From positions 74,595-138,594 of the forward strand of contig CAZUJF010000004.1 of assembly GCA_964619955.1 (NCBI GenBank): a DNA stretch of 64,000 nucleotides, written 5' to 3'. The stretch's first letter is position 1. Each line of letters opens with the position of its first letter. Source of the DNA: an uncultured Planctomycetales bacterium. GTDB taxonomy: Bacteria; Planctomycetota; MHYJ01; JACPRB01. Under the pieces are notes generated by a model. It had not been told where the DNA came from. It ran no database searches and saw only the letters and a program-made list of their open reading frames with translations. The translations under genes were made by a program, and so were the position numbers. Shown piece after piece: positions 29,207 to 39,012 of this stretch.

Positions 29207-30706
29207 ATGGCAGCCTCCCTCCCCGGCGAATTCCCCTACACCCGCGGCATCCATCCCCGCATGTACGCCGACCGGCTCTGGACGATGCGCCAGTACGCCG
29301 GCTTCGGCTCCGCGGAGGAGACCAACCGCCGCTACCGCTGGCTGCTGGAGCGGGGCCAGACCGGGCTCTCCGTCGCCTTCGACCTCCCCACCCAGATGGG
29401 CTACGACCCGGACCATGCGCTCGCGAAGGGCGAGGTGGGCAAGGCGGGCGTGTCGATCGCCGCGCTCTCCGACCATGAGGCCCTCTTCAAGGACATCCCC
29501 CTCGACGAGGCCTCCGTGTCCATGACCATCAACGCCACCGCGATCGTGCTCCTGGCGATGCACGTCGCCGCGGCGGAGCGCCGCGGGATCGACCCCGCGA
29601 AGCTCGGCGGCACCGTCCAGAACGACATCCTCAAGGAGTTCGTCGCGCGCGGCTGCTTCATCTTCCCGCCGGAACCGTCGATGAAGATCGCCGTCGACGT
29701 GATCGAGCACGCCTGCCGCCATCTCCCCCGCTGGAATTTCATCAGCGTCTCCGGCTACCACATCCGGGAGGCGGGGGCGACGGCGGCGCAGGAGCTCGGC
29801 TTCACGCTCGCCAACGGCATCGCCTACCTGGAGGCGGCCCGGGCCCGCGGGCTCGATCCGGACGCGGTGGGCCGGCGCCTCAGCTTCTTCTTCGCCGCCC
29901 ACAACGACTTCATCGAGGAGATCGCCAAGTTCCGCGCGGCGCGCCGCCTCTGGGCGGGCTTCATGCGCGACCGCTTCGGGGCGAAGGATCCGCGGGCCCG
30001 GATGCTGCGCTTCCACACCCAGACCGCCGGGTCCACGCTCACCGCCCAGCAGCCCCGGAACAACGTGGTGCGCGTCACCCTGCAGGCCATGGCGGCCCTC
30101 CTGGGCGGCACGCAGTCCCTCCACACGAACGCCCTGGACGAAGCCCTCGGGCTGCCCACGGAGGAATCGGCCCGCACCGCCCTCCGGACCCAGCAGATCC
30201 TCGCGGAGGAGACCGGGATCGCCTCCATCGCCGACCCCTTCGGCGGCGCCCTGGAGATCGAGCGGGAGACCGACCGCCTCGAGAGCGAGGCCCGGGACCT
30301 GATCGGCAGGATCGACGGGCTCGGCGGCGCCGTGCAGGCGCTGGACTTCGAGCGCCGCGAAATCGAACAGAGCGCCCTCGCCCAGCAGCGCGCGCTGGAG
30401 GAGGGACGGAAGGTCGTCGTCGGCGTGAACCAGTACCGCGACGAGGCGGAAAGCGCCCCCGTCAGGACGCTCAAAGTCGACGAGACCCTCCAGCAGGAGC
30501 GGAGGGAACGCCTGGCCTCCGCCCGCGCCTCCCGCGACGACGCGGCGGCGGGCCGCGCCCGGTCGGAGCTCCGGCGCGCCGCGGAATCCGGCATCAACCT
30601 CTTTCCCCCCGTGCTCGAGGCCGTGAAAGCCGGCCTGACGCTCGGCGAGATCTGCGCCGTGCTGGCGGAGCGGTACGGCCGCCACGATCCGGGGGCCAGC
30701 TCGTGA
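29207..30706 (+). CDS. Methylmalonyl-CoA mutase, catalytic (substrate-binding) subunit without a B12-binding domain
   Basis: '[26 protein letters not shown]', '[15 protein letters not shown]' and '[13 protein letters not shown]' MCM N-domain hallmarks. About 500 aa, with no C-terminal DxHxxG cobalamin domain. Confidence 0.85.
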   Translation: MAASLPGEFPYTRGIHPRMYADRLWTMRQYAGFGSAEETNRRYRWLLERGQTGLSVAFDLPTQMGYDPDHALAKGEVGKAGVSIAALSDHEALFKDIPLDEASVSMTINATAIVLLAMHVAAAERRGIDPAKLGGTVQNDILKEFVARGCFIFPPEPSMKIAVDVIEHACRHLPRWNFISVSGYHIREAGATAAQELGFTLANGIAYLEAARARGLDPDAVGRRLSFFFAAHNDFIEEIAKFRAARRLWAGFMRDRFGAKDPRARMLRFHTQTAGSTLTAQQPRNNVVRVTLQAMAALLGGTQSLHTNALDEALGLPTEESARTALRTQQILAEETGIASIADPFGGALEIERETDRLESEARDLIGRIDGLGGAVQALDFERREIEQSALAQQRALEEGRKVVVGVNQYRDEAESAPVRTLKVDETLQQERRERLASARASRDDAAAGRARSELRRAAESGINLFPPVLEAVKAGLTLGEICAVLAERYGRHDPGASS

Positions 30707-31206
30707 GGATCACCGCGTGGCCGCCGGTTTCAGGAACGCTCGTGGGCGCCCTCGGCTACGCCCTGCTCCTCCTGGCCAGACCCGACGTCCCCCCGGCCGA
30801 GGATCCCTGGCTTGAAGCCTTCGAAGCCGAGGGCCTCCGGGCCGAATTCAGGAGCGTCTCCCAGGAACCCGCCCAGCAGCTGCTCCTGCGCGACGCGCGC
30901 GAAGCCTTCGCGACCCCCGCCCTGGCCTCCTGCCCGATCCGGCATTACCAGGTGAACAACGGCGCGGTCCAGATCGTCACCCTGCCCGCCGCGGACAGCC
31001 TGCCCGAACTGCCCCGGGGCCGGCACCGGGACTTCCGCCTCAAGGAGAAGGGCCAGGCCGTGCATCTCTGCCGCTCCGGACGCCTGCTGCTGATCAGCCC
31101 CCTCCAGGAGCGGTTCATCCCCTTCATCGGACCCATGAAACGCAGCGCGGAGGACGTCGACCGCCTCTTCGGGGCGTTCGAGGCCGCGGCGGAGCGCCGC
31201 CCGTGA
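30703..31206 (+). CDS. Hypothetical protein, translationally coupled between the mutase and the epimerase
   Basis: The GTG start overlaps the mutase stop (GTGA) and its stop overlaps the epimerase GTG (GTGA). No recognisable motif and no B12-binding signature. Confidence 0.4.
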   Translation: MRITAWPPVSGTLVGALGYALLLLARPDVPPAEDPWLEAFEAEGLRAEFRSVSQEPAQQLLLRDAREAFATPALASCPIRHYQVNNGAVQIVTLPAADSLPELPRGRHRDFRLKEKGQAVHLCRSGRLLLISPLQERFIPFIGPMKRSAEDVDRLFGAFEAAAERRP

Positions 31207-31613
31207 AGATCCGGAAGATCGAACACATCGGCCTCGCCTGCCGCTCGACGGAGGACGCGGAGAGGTTCTATTCCGGCCTGCTCGGCCTCCCGGTCGTCGC
31301 GCGGGAGACGCTGGAGGATCAGAAGCTCAAGGTCGTCAAGGTCTCCGCCGGCGAAACGGTGCTGGAACTGCTCCAGCCGCTCGACGGGGAGGCGGTCATC
31401 ACGAAATTCCTCGCGACCCGGGGCGAGGGCGTCCACCATGTCTGCTTCGAGGTGGAGGACGTCGTCGAGGCGACCGCGGAGCTGCGATCGAAGGGCTGCA
31501 CCCCCCTCTGGGACGAGCCCCGCCCGGGGGCGGGCGGACGCCGGGTGAATTTCCTCAGGCCCAGGGACGCCCACGGAGTCCTGATCGAGCTCAACCAGCC
31601 CCCGGCACCCTGA
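31203..31613 (+). CDS. Methylmalonyl-CoA epimerase (VOC/glyoxalase fold)
   Basis: 'IEHIGLA' N-terminus, 'GEGVHHVCFEVEDV' metal-binding motif, about 135 aa. Confidence 0.8.
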   Translation: MKIRKIEHIGLACRSTEDAERFYSGLLGLPVVARETLEDQKLKVVKVSAGETVLELLQPLDGEAVITKFLATRGEGVHHVCFEVEDVVEATAELRSKGCTPLWDEPRPGAGGRRVNFLRPRDAHGVLIELNQPPAP

Positions 31614-31634
31614 GAATCGGGCAAGAAACAGGGC

Positions 31635-31663
31635 TTGAAAAGACGATAAGGGTCTCGTACAAT
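31635..31663 (+). promoter_or_regulatory. Sigma-70 promoter of acpP (TTGAAA-N17-TACAAT)
   Basis: Near-consensus -35/-10 with a 17-bp spacer about 50 nt upstream of acpP, whose RBS is GGAGGA. Confidence 0.55.
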
Positions 31664-31713
31664 GCGCGCCCATTCGGGAGCCCCCGATGGGTTCCCCCAT
31701 TGACGGAGGATCT

Positions 31714-31948
31714 ATGGCATCCCCGGCGGAAATCGAAACCAAGGTCATCGAGATCGTCTCCAAGCAGCTCGGCGTGGCGAAGGAGAAGATCACCCGCACC
31801 TCCTCGTTCGTGAACGACCTGGGCGCGGACTCGCTCGACACCGTGGAACTCGTGATGGAAATCGAGGACGCCTTCGACCTCTCCATTCCGGACGAATCGG
31901 CCGAGAAGATCCAGACCGTCGGAGACGCGATCTCCTTCATCGAGAAGA

Positions 31949-31968
<20 letters not shown>
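31714..31968 (+). CDS. acpP: Acyl carrier protein
   Basis: '[16 protein letters not shown]' with the phosphopantetheine-attachment Ser. RBS GGAGGA. Confidence 0.95.
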
Positions 31969-33199
<1,231 letters not shown>

Positions 33200-33275
33200 G
33201 CCGCCCCGCCCTCCCGGTGATATACTTCCCGCAGCCGGCGTCCGCCCGGAGAGAGCGGGGCCCGGCGACGCGAAT

Positions 33276-34535
33276 ATGAGCCGGGTCCTCAACGATCTGC
33301 CCAGGCGCTTTCACGAGGCGCTGCACGCCGCCCTGGGGCCCGACCGCTACGCCCTCTGGGTGGAGCAGACGCGGCTCGTCTGCCTCGACGAGGAATGCTT
33401 CAGCTTCCAGGTCGCCAGCAGCGCCGCCCGGGACAAGCTGGAGCGCCTGCTGGCCGGGCCGGTGACGGAGGTCGCCCGGCAGGTCACCAACCGGAACATC
33501 CGGCTGCGGCTGGACGTCGAACCCGCCGCGTTTCCCCCGCCCGCGCCGGGCCCCGCCCTGCGGACGGCGCCGCACGCCTTCTCGAATTTCGTCCCCGGAC
33601 CCGGCAACCGCATGGCGCTGACGGCCGCCCGGACCTTCGCTCTGGGCGGCCCCCCGGCCCCCCGGCTCCTGCTGCTCTGCGCCCGCAGCGGGCTGGGCCG
33701 CAGCCACCTGCTCGGCGCCATCCACCACGCCCTGGGAGGCCCGAGGAGTCCCGGCGCGCTCCTCTTCAGCGGCGAGCAATTCCGCCGCTACGCGGAGGAG
33801 TCCGAGCGCCGCGGACGCCTGGACGCCTTCCTGCACAAATGCCGCGGCGCCTCGGTCTTCCTGCTCGACGACCTCCATCTGCTCGCCCGGCGCGAGACGG
33901 CCGGACTCGCGCTCGCCGAGGTGCTGGGCGCGATCCGGGACCGGGGCGCCCGCGCCGCCCTCGGCAGCGACCGGCATCCCCGCGCGATCGAGGGGCTCCC
34001 CCGCCTGCTCCGGGCGCGGCTCCGCGCCGACGTCGAGGCCTCGATCGACCGCCCGGACGCGGCCACGAGCGAAGGCGTGCTCCGCCGGGCGGCCCCGCCG
34101 GGAACGCCCCCCGCCGTGCTCGCCGCGATCGCGCGGGACGTGGGCTCCAGCCACGCCGACCAGCTGGACTGCCTCTCCCGGATCCTCGCCCGGCCCCCGG
34201 TGACGGAGGCCTCCGCGCGGGCGGGGATCGCGGACTTCCTCTCGGAATGGAGTTTCGGCCTCAGCTACGCGGACATCGTCCGCGCCGCCGCCGACCTCTT
34301 CGGCGTGCGCGCGACGGAGATCTACTCCCTGGACCGCTCGCGGGAGGCGGCGGAGGCCCGCCAGGCGTGTTTCTACCTCGCGCGGAAACTGCTGGGCCGG
34401 CCCTTCGCGCAGATCGGCGGGCATTTCGGCGGACGGGACCACTCCACGGTCCACGAGGCCTGCCGGAAGCTGGCCCGGGCCCGGGGGGAGCGCAAGGAGC
34501 GCCTGCGGCAGCTGGAGGCGCGCCTGCGCCCCTGA
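33276..34535 (+). CDS. DnaA-family protein with degenerate Walker A (divergent DnaA paralog)
   Basis: 'FSNFVPGPGNRMA' (DnaA box III region) and 'GRDHSTVHEA' (DnaA domain IV signature). The Walker A reads 'ARSGLGRSHLL' instead of G..GLGKTHLL, and the Walker B is 'VFLLDDLHLL'. Confidence 0.6.
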   Translation: MSRVLNDLPRRFHEALHAALGPDRYALWVEQTRLVCLDEECFSFQVASSAARDKLERLLAGPVTEVARQVTNRNIRLRLDVEPAAFPPPAPGPALRTAPHAFSNFVPGPGNRMALTAARTFALGGPPAPRLLLLCARSGLGRSHLLGAIHHALGGPRSPGALLFSGEQFRRYAEESERRGRLDAFLHKCRGASVFLLDDLHLLARRETAGLALAEVLGAIRDRGARAALGSDRHPRAIEGLPRLLRARLRADVEASIDRPDAATSEGVLRRAAPPGTPPAVLAAIARDVGSSHADQLDCLSRILARPPVTEASARAGIADFLSEWSFGLSYADIVRAAADLFGVRATEIYSLDRSREAAEARQACFYLARKLLGRPFAQIGGHFGGRDHSTVHEACRKLARARGERKERLRQLEARLRP

Positions 34536-34545
34536 ACCCCCGCGC

Positions 34546-35316
34546 CTATTTCTGGCCCACCCGCCACTTGTTCTCGAAAACCCAGCGGTAGTAGTCGCGC
34601 CGCTTGAGCTTCGACGCCGCCGCCTCGTCCAGGACGACGGTGGCGCGCGGGTGCAGTTGCAGCACGCTCGCGGGGACCTCCGCGGTGACGGGGCCCTCGA
34701 CCATCTCCCGGATCACGGACGCCTTGCCCTCCCCCGAGGCGAGCAGGAGCAGGTGCCGGGCCTCCATGATCGTGCCCACGCCGAGCGTGACGGCGAAGCG
34801 GGGGATCTCCGCGCCGGGAGTGGACATCTTCCGGTACTCCTCGATCGTGTCCGGTTCCAGCGTCTTCGGCCGCGTGCGCGATCCCAGCGAGGAGCCGGGT
34901 TCGTTGAAGCCGACGTGGCCGTTCCTGCCGATGCCGAGGATCTGCAGGTCGATGCCCCCCAGGGAGCGGATCCGCTCCTCCGTCTGCGCCGACAGCGCCT
35001 CGACGTCCGGGGCGTCGCCGCAGAGCAGGTGCACGTTCGCCGGGTCATGCCTCACATGCCGGAGCAGGTGATGGTGCAGGAAGCCGTTGAAGCTGTCCGG
35101 ATTCGACGGCGCCAGACCGATGAACTCGTCGAGATTGAAGAAGCGGACCTTCGCGAACGCCTCGGGGCGGCGCCGCAGGCGCTCGTAGAGCCCCACCGGG
35201 GTCTTCCCGGTCGCGAGCCCCAGGACCAGGGCGGGCTTGCGGTCCAGCTCCCCGGACACGATCAGCGCCGCGCGGTCGGCCAGGGCCGCCGCGTCGCGCT
35301 CAATGATGATTTCCAT
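34546..35316 (-). CDS. nagB: Glucosamine-6-phosphate deaminase
   Basis: 'LVLGLATGKTP' and 'NLDEF' motifs, about 256 aa. Confidence 0.85.
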   Translation of the reverse strand: MEIIIERDAAALADRAALIVSGELDRKPALVLGLATGKTPVGLYERLRRRPEAFAKVRFFNLDEFIGLAPSNPDSFNGFLHHHLLRHVRHDPANVHLLCGDAPDVEALSAQTEERIRSLGGIDLQILGIGRNGHVGFNEPGSSLGSRTRPKTLEPDTIEEYRKMSTPGAEIPRFAVTLGVGTIMEARHLLLLASGEGKASVIREMVEGPVTAEVPASVLQLHPRATVVLDEAAASKLKRRDYYRWVFENKWRVGQK

Positions 35317-36466
35317 GCAAGAGCTCGCCTCCCACGTACGCCATCTTCACTTCGAGACCCCGGCCGTACAGGACCACGTCGGCCCAGGCCCCCGGCTCCA
35401 GGCTCCCGACCTTCGACTCCATCCCCAGCAGCCGGGCGGGCGCCCGCGTCGCCATCGCCAGCGCGTCCTGCGGCGGCAGGCCCGTGTCCTCGGCGAGCCT
35501 CCGCACCCCCTCGAGCAGCGGCGTCGCGCTGCCCGCGAGCCGGCCGTTCGACTTCACGGTCACCCGACCGTTCTTGATCACGTAGTCCTCCCCGTCCGTG
35601 CGGAGCTCCCCGTCGGGCATCCCCATCGCGGCGACCGCGTCGCTGACAAGCACGATCTGCCCCGCCGGCTTCACCCGCAGCAGCAGCGCCGCGCAGCCCA
35701 CGCTGACATGGTCCCGGTCGTAGATGAGCCCGCAGGAGAGCCGGTCGATGACCAGCGCGGCGTTGAGGATGCTCTCCTCCCGGTGGTGCAGCGGCGACAT
35801 CGCGTTGAAGACGTGCGTGACGTGACGCAGGCCGCCCTCCAGGACGGCGCGGCTGATCTCCGCGGCGCTCGCCTCGGAGTGCCCGGCGCTCATGACGACG
35901 CCCCGCCGCACGCCGGCCTTGATGACGTCCAGGGCCCCGTCCAGTTCGGGCGCGAGCGTCATCTTCCGCAGCAGGCCCTTCGAGGCGCGGTGGTACTCGA
36001 GGAACTCCTTCACGGAGGGGCGGCGCAGATTCTTCAGCTGATGGGCCCCGTTGCGCTTCGGCGAGAGGAAGGGGCCTTCGAGATGGATGCCGAGGATGCG
36101 CGCCCCGCCCTTGAGCTTCGACGCGGCCACGATGCTCGCGATGCCGCGGAGCATGTCCCGCTTCGGCATCGAGAAGATCGTCGGAAGATAGGACGTCACG
36201 CCGACGGACAGCAGCCTGCGGCCGACCTCGAGGACCTGCTCCGGGCTCGTCTCGCTGAAGGAATGTCCGAAGCCGCCGTTGATCTGCGTGTCGATGAGGC
36301 CCGGGGCGGCGAGCAGGCCCCTGCCGGAGACGATCCGCGCGCCGCGTGCGGGGATGCGCGGCGCGACCCGGCGGATCCGCCCCCGCTCTATGAGGATGTC
36401 GCCCCGGTCGAGGACCTTGCCGCCGCTGATGACGGCGCAGCCGCTGATCAGGAGGGGTCCGGGCAT
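35300..36466 (-). CDS. nagA: N-acetylglucosamine-6-phosphate deacetylase
   Basis: Amidohydrolase fold with 'GLIDTQINGGFG' and 'HLEGPF' motifs. Overlaps nagB. Confidence 0.85.
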   Translation of the reverse strand: MPGPLLISGCAVISGGKVLDRGDILIERGRIRRVAPRIPARGARIVSGRGLLAAPGLIDTQINGGFGHSFSETSPEQVLEVGRRLLSVGVTSYLPTIFSMPKRDMLRGIASIVAASKLKGGARILGIHLEGPFLSPKRNGAHQLKNLRRPSVKEFLEYHRASKGLLRKMTLAPELDGALDVIKAGVRRGVVMSAGHSEASAAEISRAVLEGGLRHVTHVFNAMSPLHHREESILNAALVIDRLSCGLIYDRDHVSVGCAALLLRVKPAGQIVLVSDAVAAMGMPDGELRTDGEDYVIKNGRVTVKSNGRLAGSATPLLEGVRRLAEDTGLPPQDALAMATRAPARLLGMESKVGSLEPGAWADVVLYGRGLEVKMAYVGGELLHGNHH

Positions 36467-36514
36467 GGGTCGGAGGGTAACGCCCCTCCCCGGCCGCTGT
36501 CAATGGGCGGAGGG

Positions 36515-37381
36515 TCAAACCGCGAGCCGGGACGTCCCCGCGCGGAAATACCAGGGCAGCAGCCGCTTGAGGTGGGCCTCGGCGCCGAAGATCGCGCGCG
36601 CCTCCTCGCGTGCCTCCCGCCCCATGCGGTCCGCCTCGCCCGCCTCATTCCAGAGATAACGGACGTGGGAGACCAGGCTGGCGACGTCGCCGGGGGCGGA
36701 CAGGAACCCCGAGACGCCCTCCAGGACCAGTTCCTCCGCCAGGCCGATCCAGGGCGTGACCACGGCGCGCCCGGCCGCCGTTCCCTCCGCGATCCCGCGC
36801 GGCCACAACTCCCCGGCCGAGGAGAGGGACAGCACCAGGCGCGACTCGACCGCCTCCCCCGTCTCCCGCATCGGGATCTCGGGGAGGGCGCGGCGGACCG
36901 CATCGAACCAGCCCCGGGCCTCGCGATCCCCCTCCGCCACGAACACGCGCACGAAGCCGCCTTCCGAAGGCGCGGGGGTGTCGGCCGGCGCGATCTGCAG
37001 CGTGTAGGGCAGGCAGGCGCAGCGGCCCTCGGTCCGGGGGCCGGCCCCGTGCAGCCGTCCCAGCGCCGCCGGCGTGGGGGCGATGACCCAGTCGCTGCGG
37101 GAGCTGCGGTCCAGCGTCGAGTGGACCACCGGCACGCCCTGCCCGCCGAAGGCCTCGGCGAGCGCGGGGTCCGTTCCGATGACGTGGACGACGTCGGGCT
37201 CATGGGCGGCGAGCACTTTTTGCGCGAGCGCCGCGGCCGCGCCCCGGCGGTACCAGGGCGCGCTCCAGGTGCGCATCGGATGCACCATCACGGAGTATCC
37301 GGCCGCATGGAACGCGGACGCCAGGGCGCGCGGGCCGCCGGCGGGATGAACGCCCGGGGCGTCGACGATGAGTATCTTCAC
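36515..37381 (-). CDS. Glycosyltransferase family 1 (GT-B, GT4-like)
   Basis: C-terminal 'EG.SGFLS.PGD' GT1 signature. GTG start with RBS AGGAGAGGGG. Confidence 0.6.
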   Translation of the reverse strand: MKILIVDAPGVHPAGGPRALASAFHAAGYSVMVHPMRTWSAPWYRRGAAAALAQKVLAAHEPDVVHVIGTDPALAEAFGGQGVPVVHSTLDRSSRSDWVIAPTPAALGRLHGAGPRTEGRCACLPYTLQIAPADTPAPSEGGFVRVFVAEGDREARGWFDAVRRALPEIPMRETGEAVESRLVLSLSSAGELWPRGIAEGTAAGRAVVTPWIGLAEELVLEGVSGFLSAPGDVASLVSHVRYLWNEAGEADRMGREAREEARAIFGAEAHLKRLLPWYFRAGTSRLAV

Positions 37382-37409
37382 GATGGATCCCCTCTCCTTG
37401 CGCGATGAT

Positions 37410-37769
37410 TCAGGCGGACTGGGCCTGGGCGGGCGGGGCGCCCTCCCCGGGGGCGCCGGACAGCTCATGCCGGAGCGCGGACTGGATCTCGAAAAGCTCC
37501 CGGCGGAGTTTCTGCACGAGATCCACCTCGCGGGCGCGGCCCGCGTCCGTGAGGAAGTAGCGGTAGCTGCGGTTGGTGTCGCCGCTGACGTCCAGCAGTC
37601 CGCGGCCGACGAGGTCGTCGACGTAGGCGTTGATCATCGTCGCGCTGACGCCCGCCGCGCGGGCGAGCCCGCGCTGGCTGACGACGGACGAGCGGTTGAT
37701 CTCGCGGAGCACGGCGAGTTCGCGATAGTCCTTGCCGGGACGGAACATCTCGAAATGGATGCCGATCAT
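37410..37769 (-). CDS. Winged-helix transcriptional regulator (MarR/TrmB-like)
   Basis: Helix-turn-helix 'SQRGLARAAGVSATMINAYVDDLVGRGLL'. About 119 aa. Confidence 0.5.
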   Translation of the reverse strand: MIGIHFEMFRPGKDYRELAVLREINRSSVVSQRGLARAAGVSATMINAYVDDLVGRGLLDVSGDTNRSYRYFLTDAGRAREVDLVQKLRRELFEIQSALRHELSGAPGEGAPPAQAQSA

Positions 37770-37816
37770 CTTTCTTCCCCCCCTGAGTCGCCCGACGGCC
37801 CCGGCCGTCCATTAGG

Positions 37817-38344
37817 TTATCGAACGCGCGGAGGGGCGGTCTTTAGGGAAATGCGGCGGGCGGCGAGAATTAGATCACAAACTTCACGAACGGCCGCGTG
37901 GCCGCCGGGCCGGCGCGTGACCCAGTCGACGGCCCGCCGCACCTCGGGGACGGCGTCCGCGGGGGCGAAGGAGAGCCCCGCGGCGCCGAGCGGGCCCAGA
38001 TCGTTGAGATCGTCCCCCATGTACGCGCCGTCGCCGGCGTCGAGCTTGTGGCGCGCGAGCAGATCCCGGAACACGGCGGTCTTGTCCTCCACCCCGAGGT
38101 GGACCTCGCCGATTCGGAGCTTCTCCGCGCGGCGGATGACGATCTTCGAGTTCTCGCCGCTGATGAGGGCGAGCAGGAGCCCGGCCTCGCGGAGGCGGCG
38201 GAGTCCGAGCCCGTCCTTCACGTCGAAGCGCTTGAGGCCCTCCCCTTCCAAGCCGTAGTACATCCCGCCGTCGGTGAGCACGCCGTCGACGTCGAGCACG
38301 AGGGCGCGGAGGGCGCGGAGCCGGCGGGCGGAGGGCGCGCTCAT
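37817..38344 (-). CDS. HAD-IIIA phosphatase of the KdsC / sugar-acid 8(9)-phosphate phosphatase family
   Basis: 'LVLDVDGVLTDG' motif I and 'GDDLNDL' motif IV. The ATG overlaps the upstream stop (ATGA). Confidence 0.7.
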   Translation of the reverse strand: MSAPSARRLRALRALVLDVDGVLTDGGMYYGLEGEGLKRFDVKDGLGLRRLREAGLLLALISGENSKIVIRRAEKLRIGEVHLGVEDKTAVFRDLLARHKLDAGDGAYMGDDLNDLGPLGAAGLSFAPADAVPEVRRAVDWVTRRPGGHAAVREVCDLILAARRISLKTAPPRVR

Positions 38345-38973
38345 GACGCGGCGCCGGACATCAGCGCGATGTGCCGGCCGAGCGCGTCGAGGACGGCGCG
38401 CCACTGGGGCAGCTTGGGCTTGAGCTCCTCGTCGACGATCTCCGTGACGCGCGCCACGTCCTTGTACTCCAGGGCGGCGGAGAAGCGGAGGAGGACGTCC
38501 TGGAGTTCCCGGATGCGCATGTCGATGGTGGCGCCGCCGGCGTCGAGATTGCGGTAATCGGCGGACACCAGGCCCCCGACGTCCCGGACGGCGCGCAGCA
38601 GGATGTCCCAGGCGAAGAAGAGGGCCTCCGATTTGTCGAGGGAGCGGCCGTACTCCCCGCCGGTGACGGCCGCGATCACGTCGGCGTGGCCGCGATCCAT
38701 GTTCTTGAGGTGCCCGACCAGCCCGGCCAGGGTGCCGCTGGACATCTCGTAGGGATCGGCGGTGCGGACTTCGAGGAGGCTGAATTTCCCGGGGGCCTCG
38801 TCGGCATAGAGCCCCTGCCGTTCGGCGTTGAGGGCCTGGCCGTCGAGGGTGAATCCGATGATGACGCGGCGCCGGGAGGCGACGGTGCGCCTGAGCGACT
38901 CGAGGACGGCGCGCAGGCTGGTGCCCTCGTCGGGCACGCCCAGTCCCGTCTTGCCGTCGATGACGACTTCCAT
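38341..38973 (-). CDS. Hypothetical protein, paralog A of the maf-flanking pair
   Basis: Start 'MEVVIDGK', end '...ELKPKLPQWRAVLDALGRHIAL'. Collinear homology with the 40873..41484 product. Confidence 0.6.
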   Translation of the reverse strand: MEVVIDGKTGLGVPDEGTSLRAVLESLRRTVASRRRVIIGFTLDGQALNAERQGLYADEAPGKFSLLEVRTADPYEMSSGTLAGLVGHLKNMDRGHADVIAAVTGGEYGRSLDKSEALFFAWDILLRAVRDVGGLVSADYRNLDAGGATIDMRIRELQDVLLRFSAALEYKDVARVTEIVDEELKPKLPQWRAVLDALGRHIALMSGAAS

Positions 38974-38983
38974 CTCGACCTCG

Positions 38984-39012
38984 ACTATAGGGGCGCGCTC
39001 AGCGGGCGTCAA
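38984..39012 (-). promoter_or_regulatory. Consensus-like sigma-70 promoter (TTGACG-N17-TATAGT) immediately upstream of paralog A
   Basis: Minus strand reads TTGACGcccgctgagcgcgccccTATAGTcgaggtcgagATG. The -10 lies 10 nt before the ATG, so the leader is very short or absent. Confidence 0.5.
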
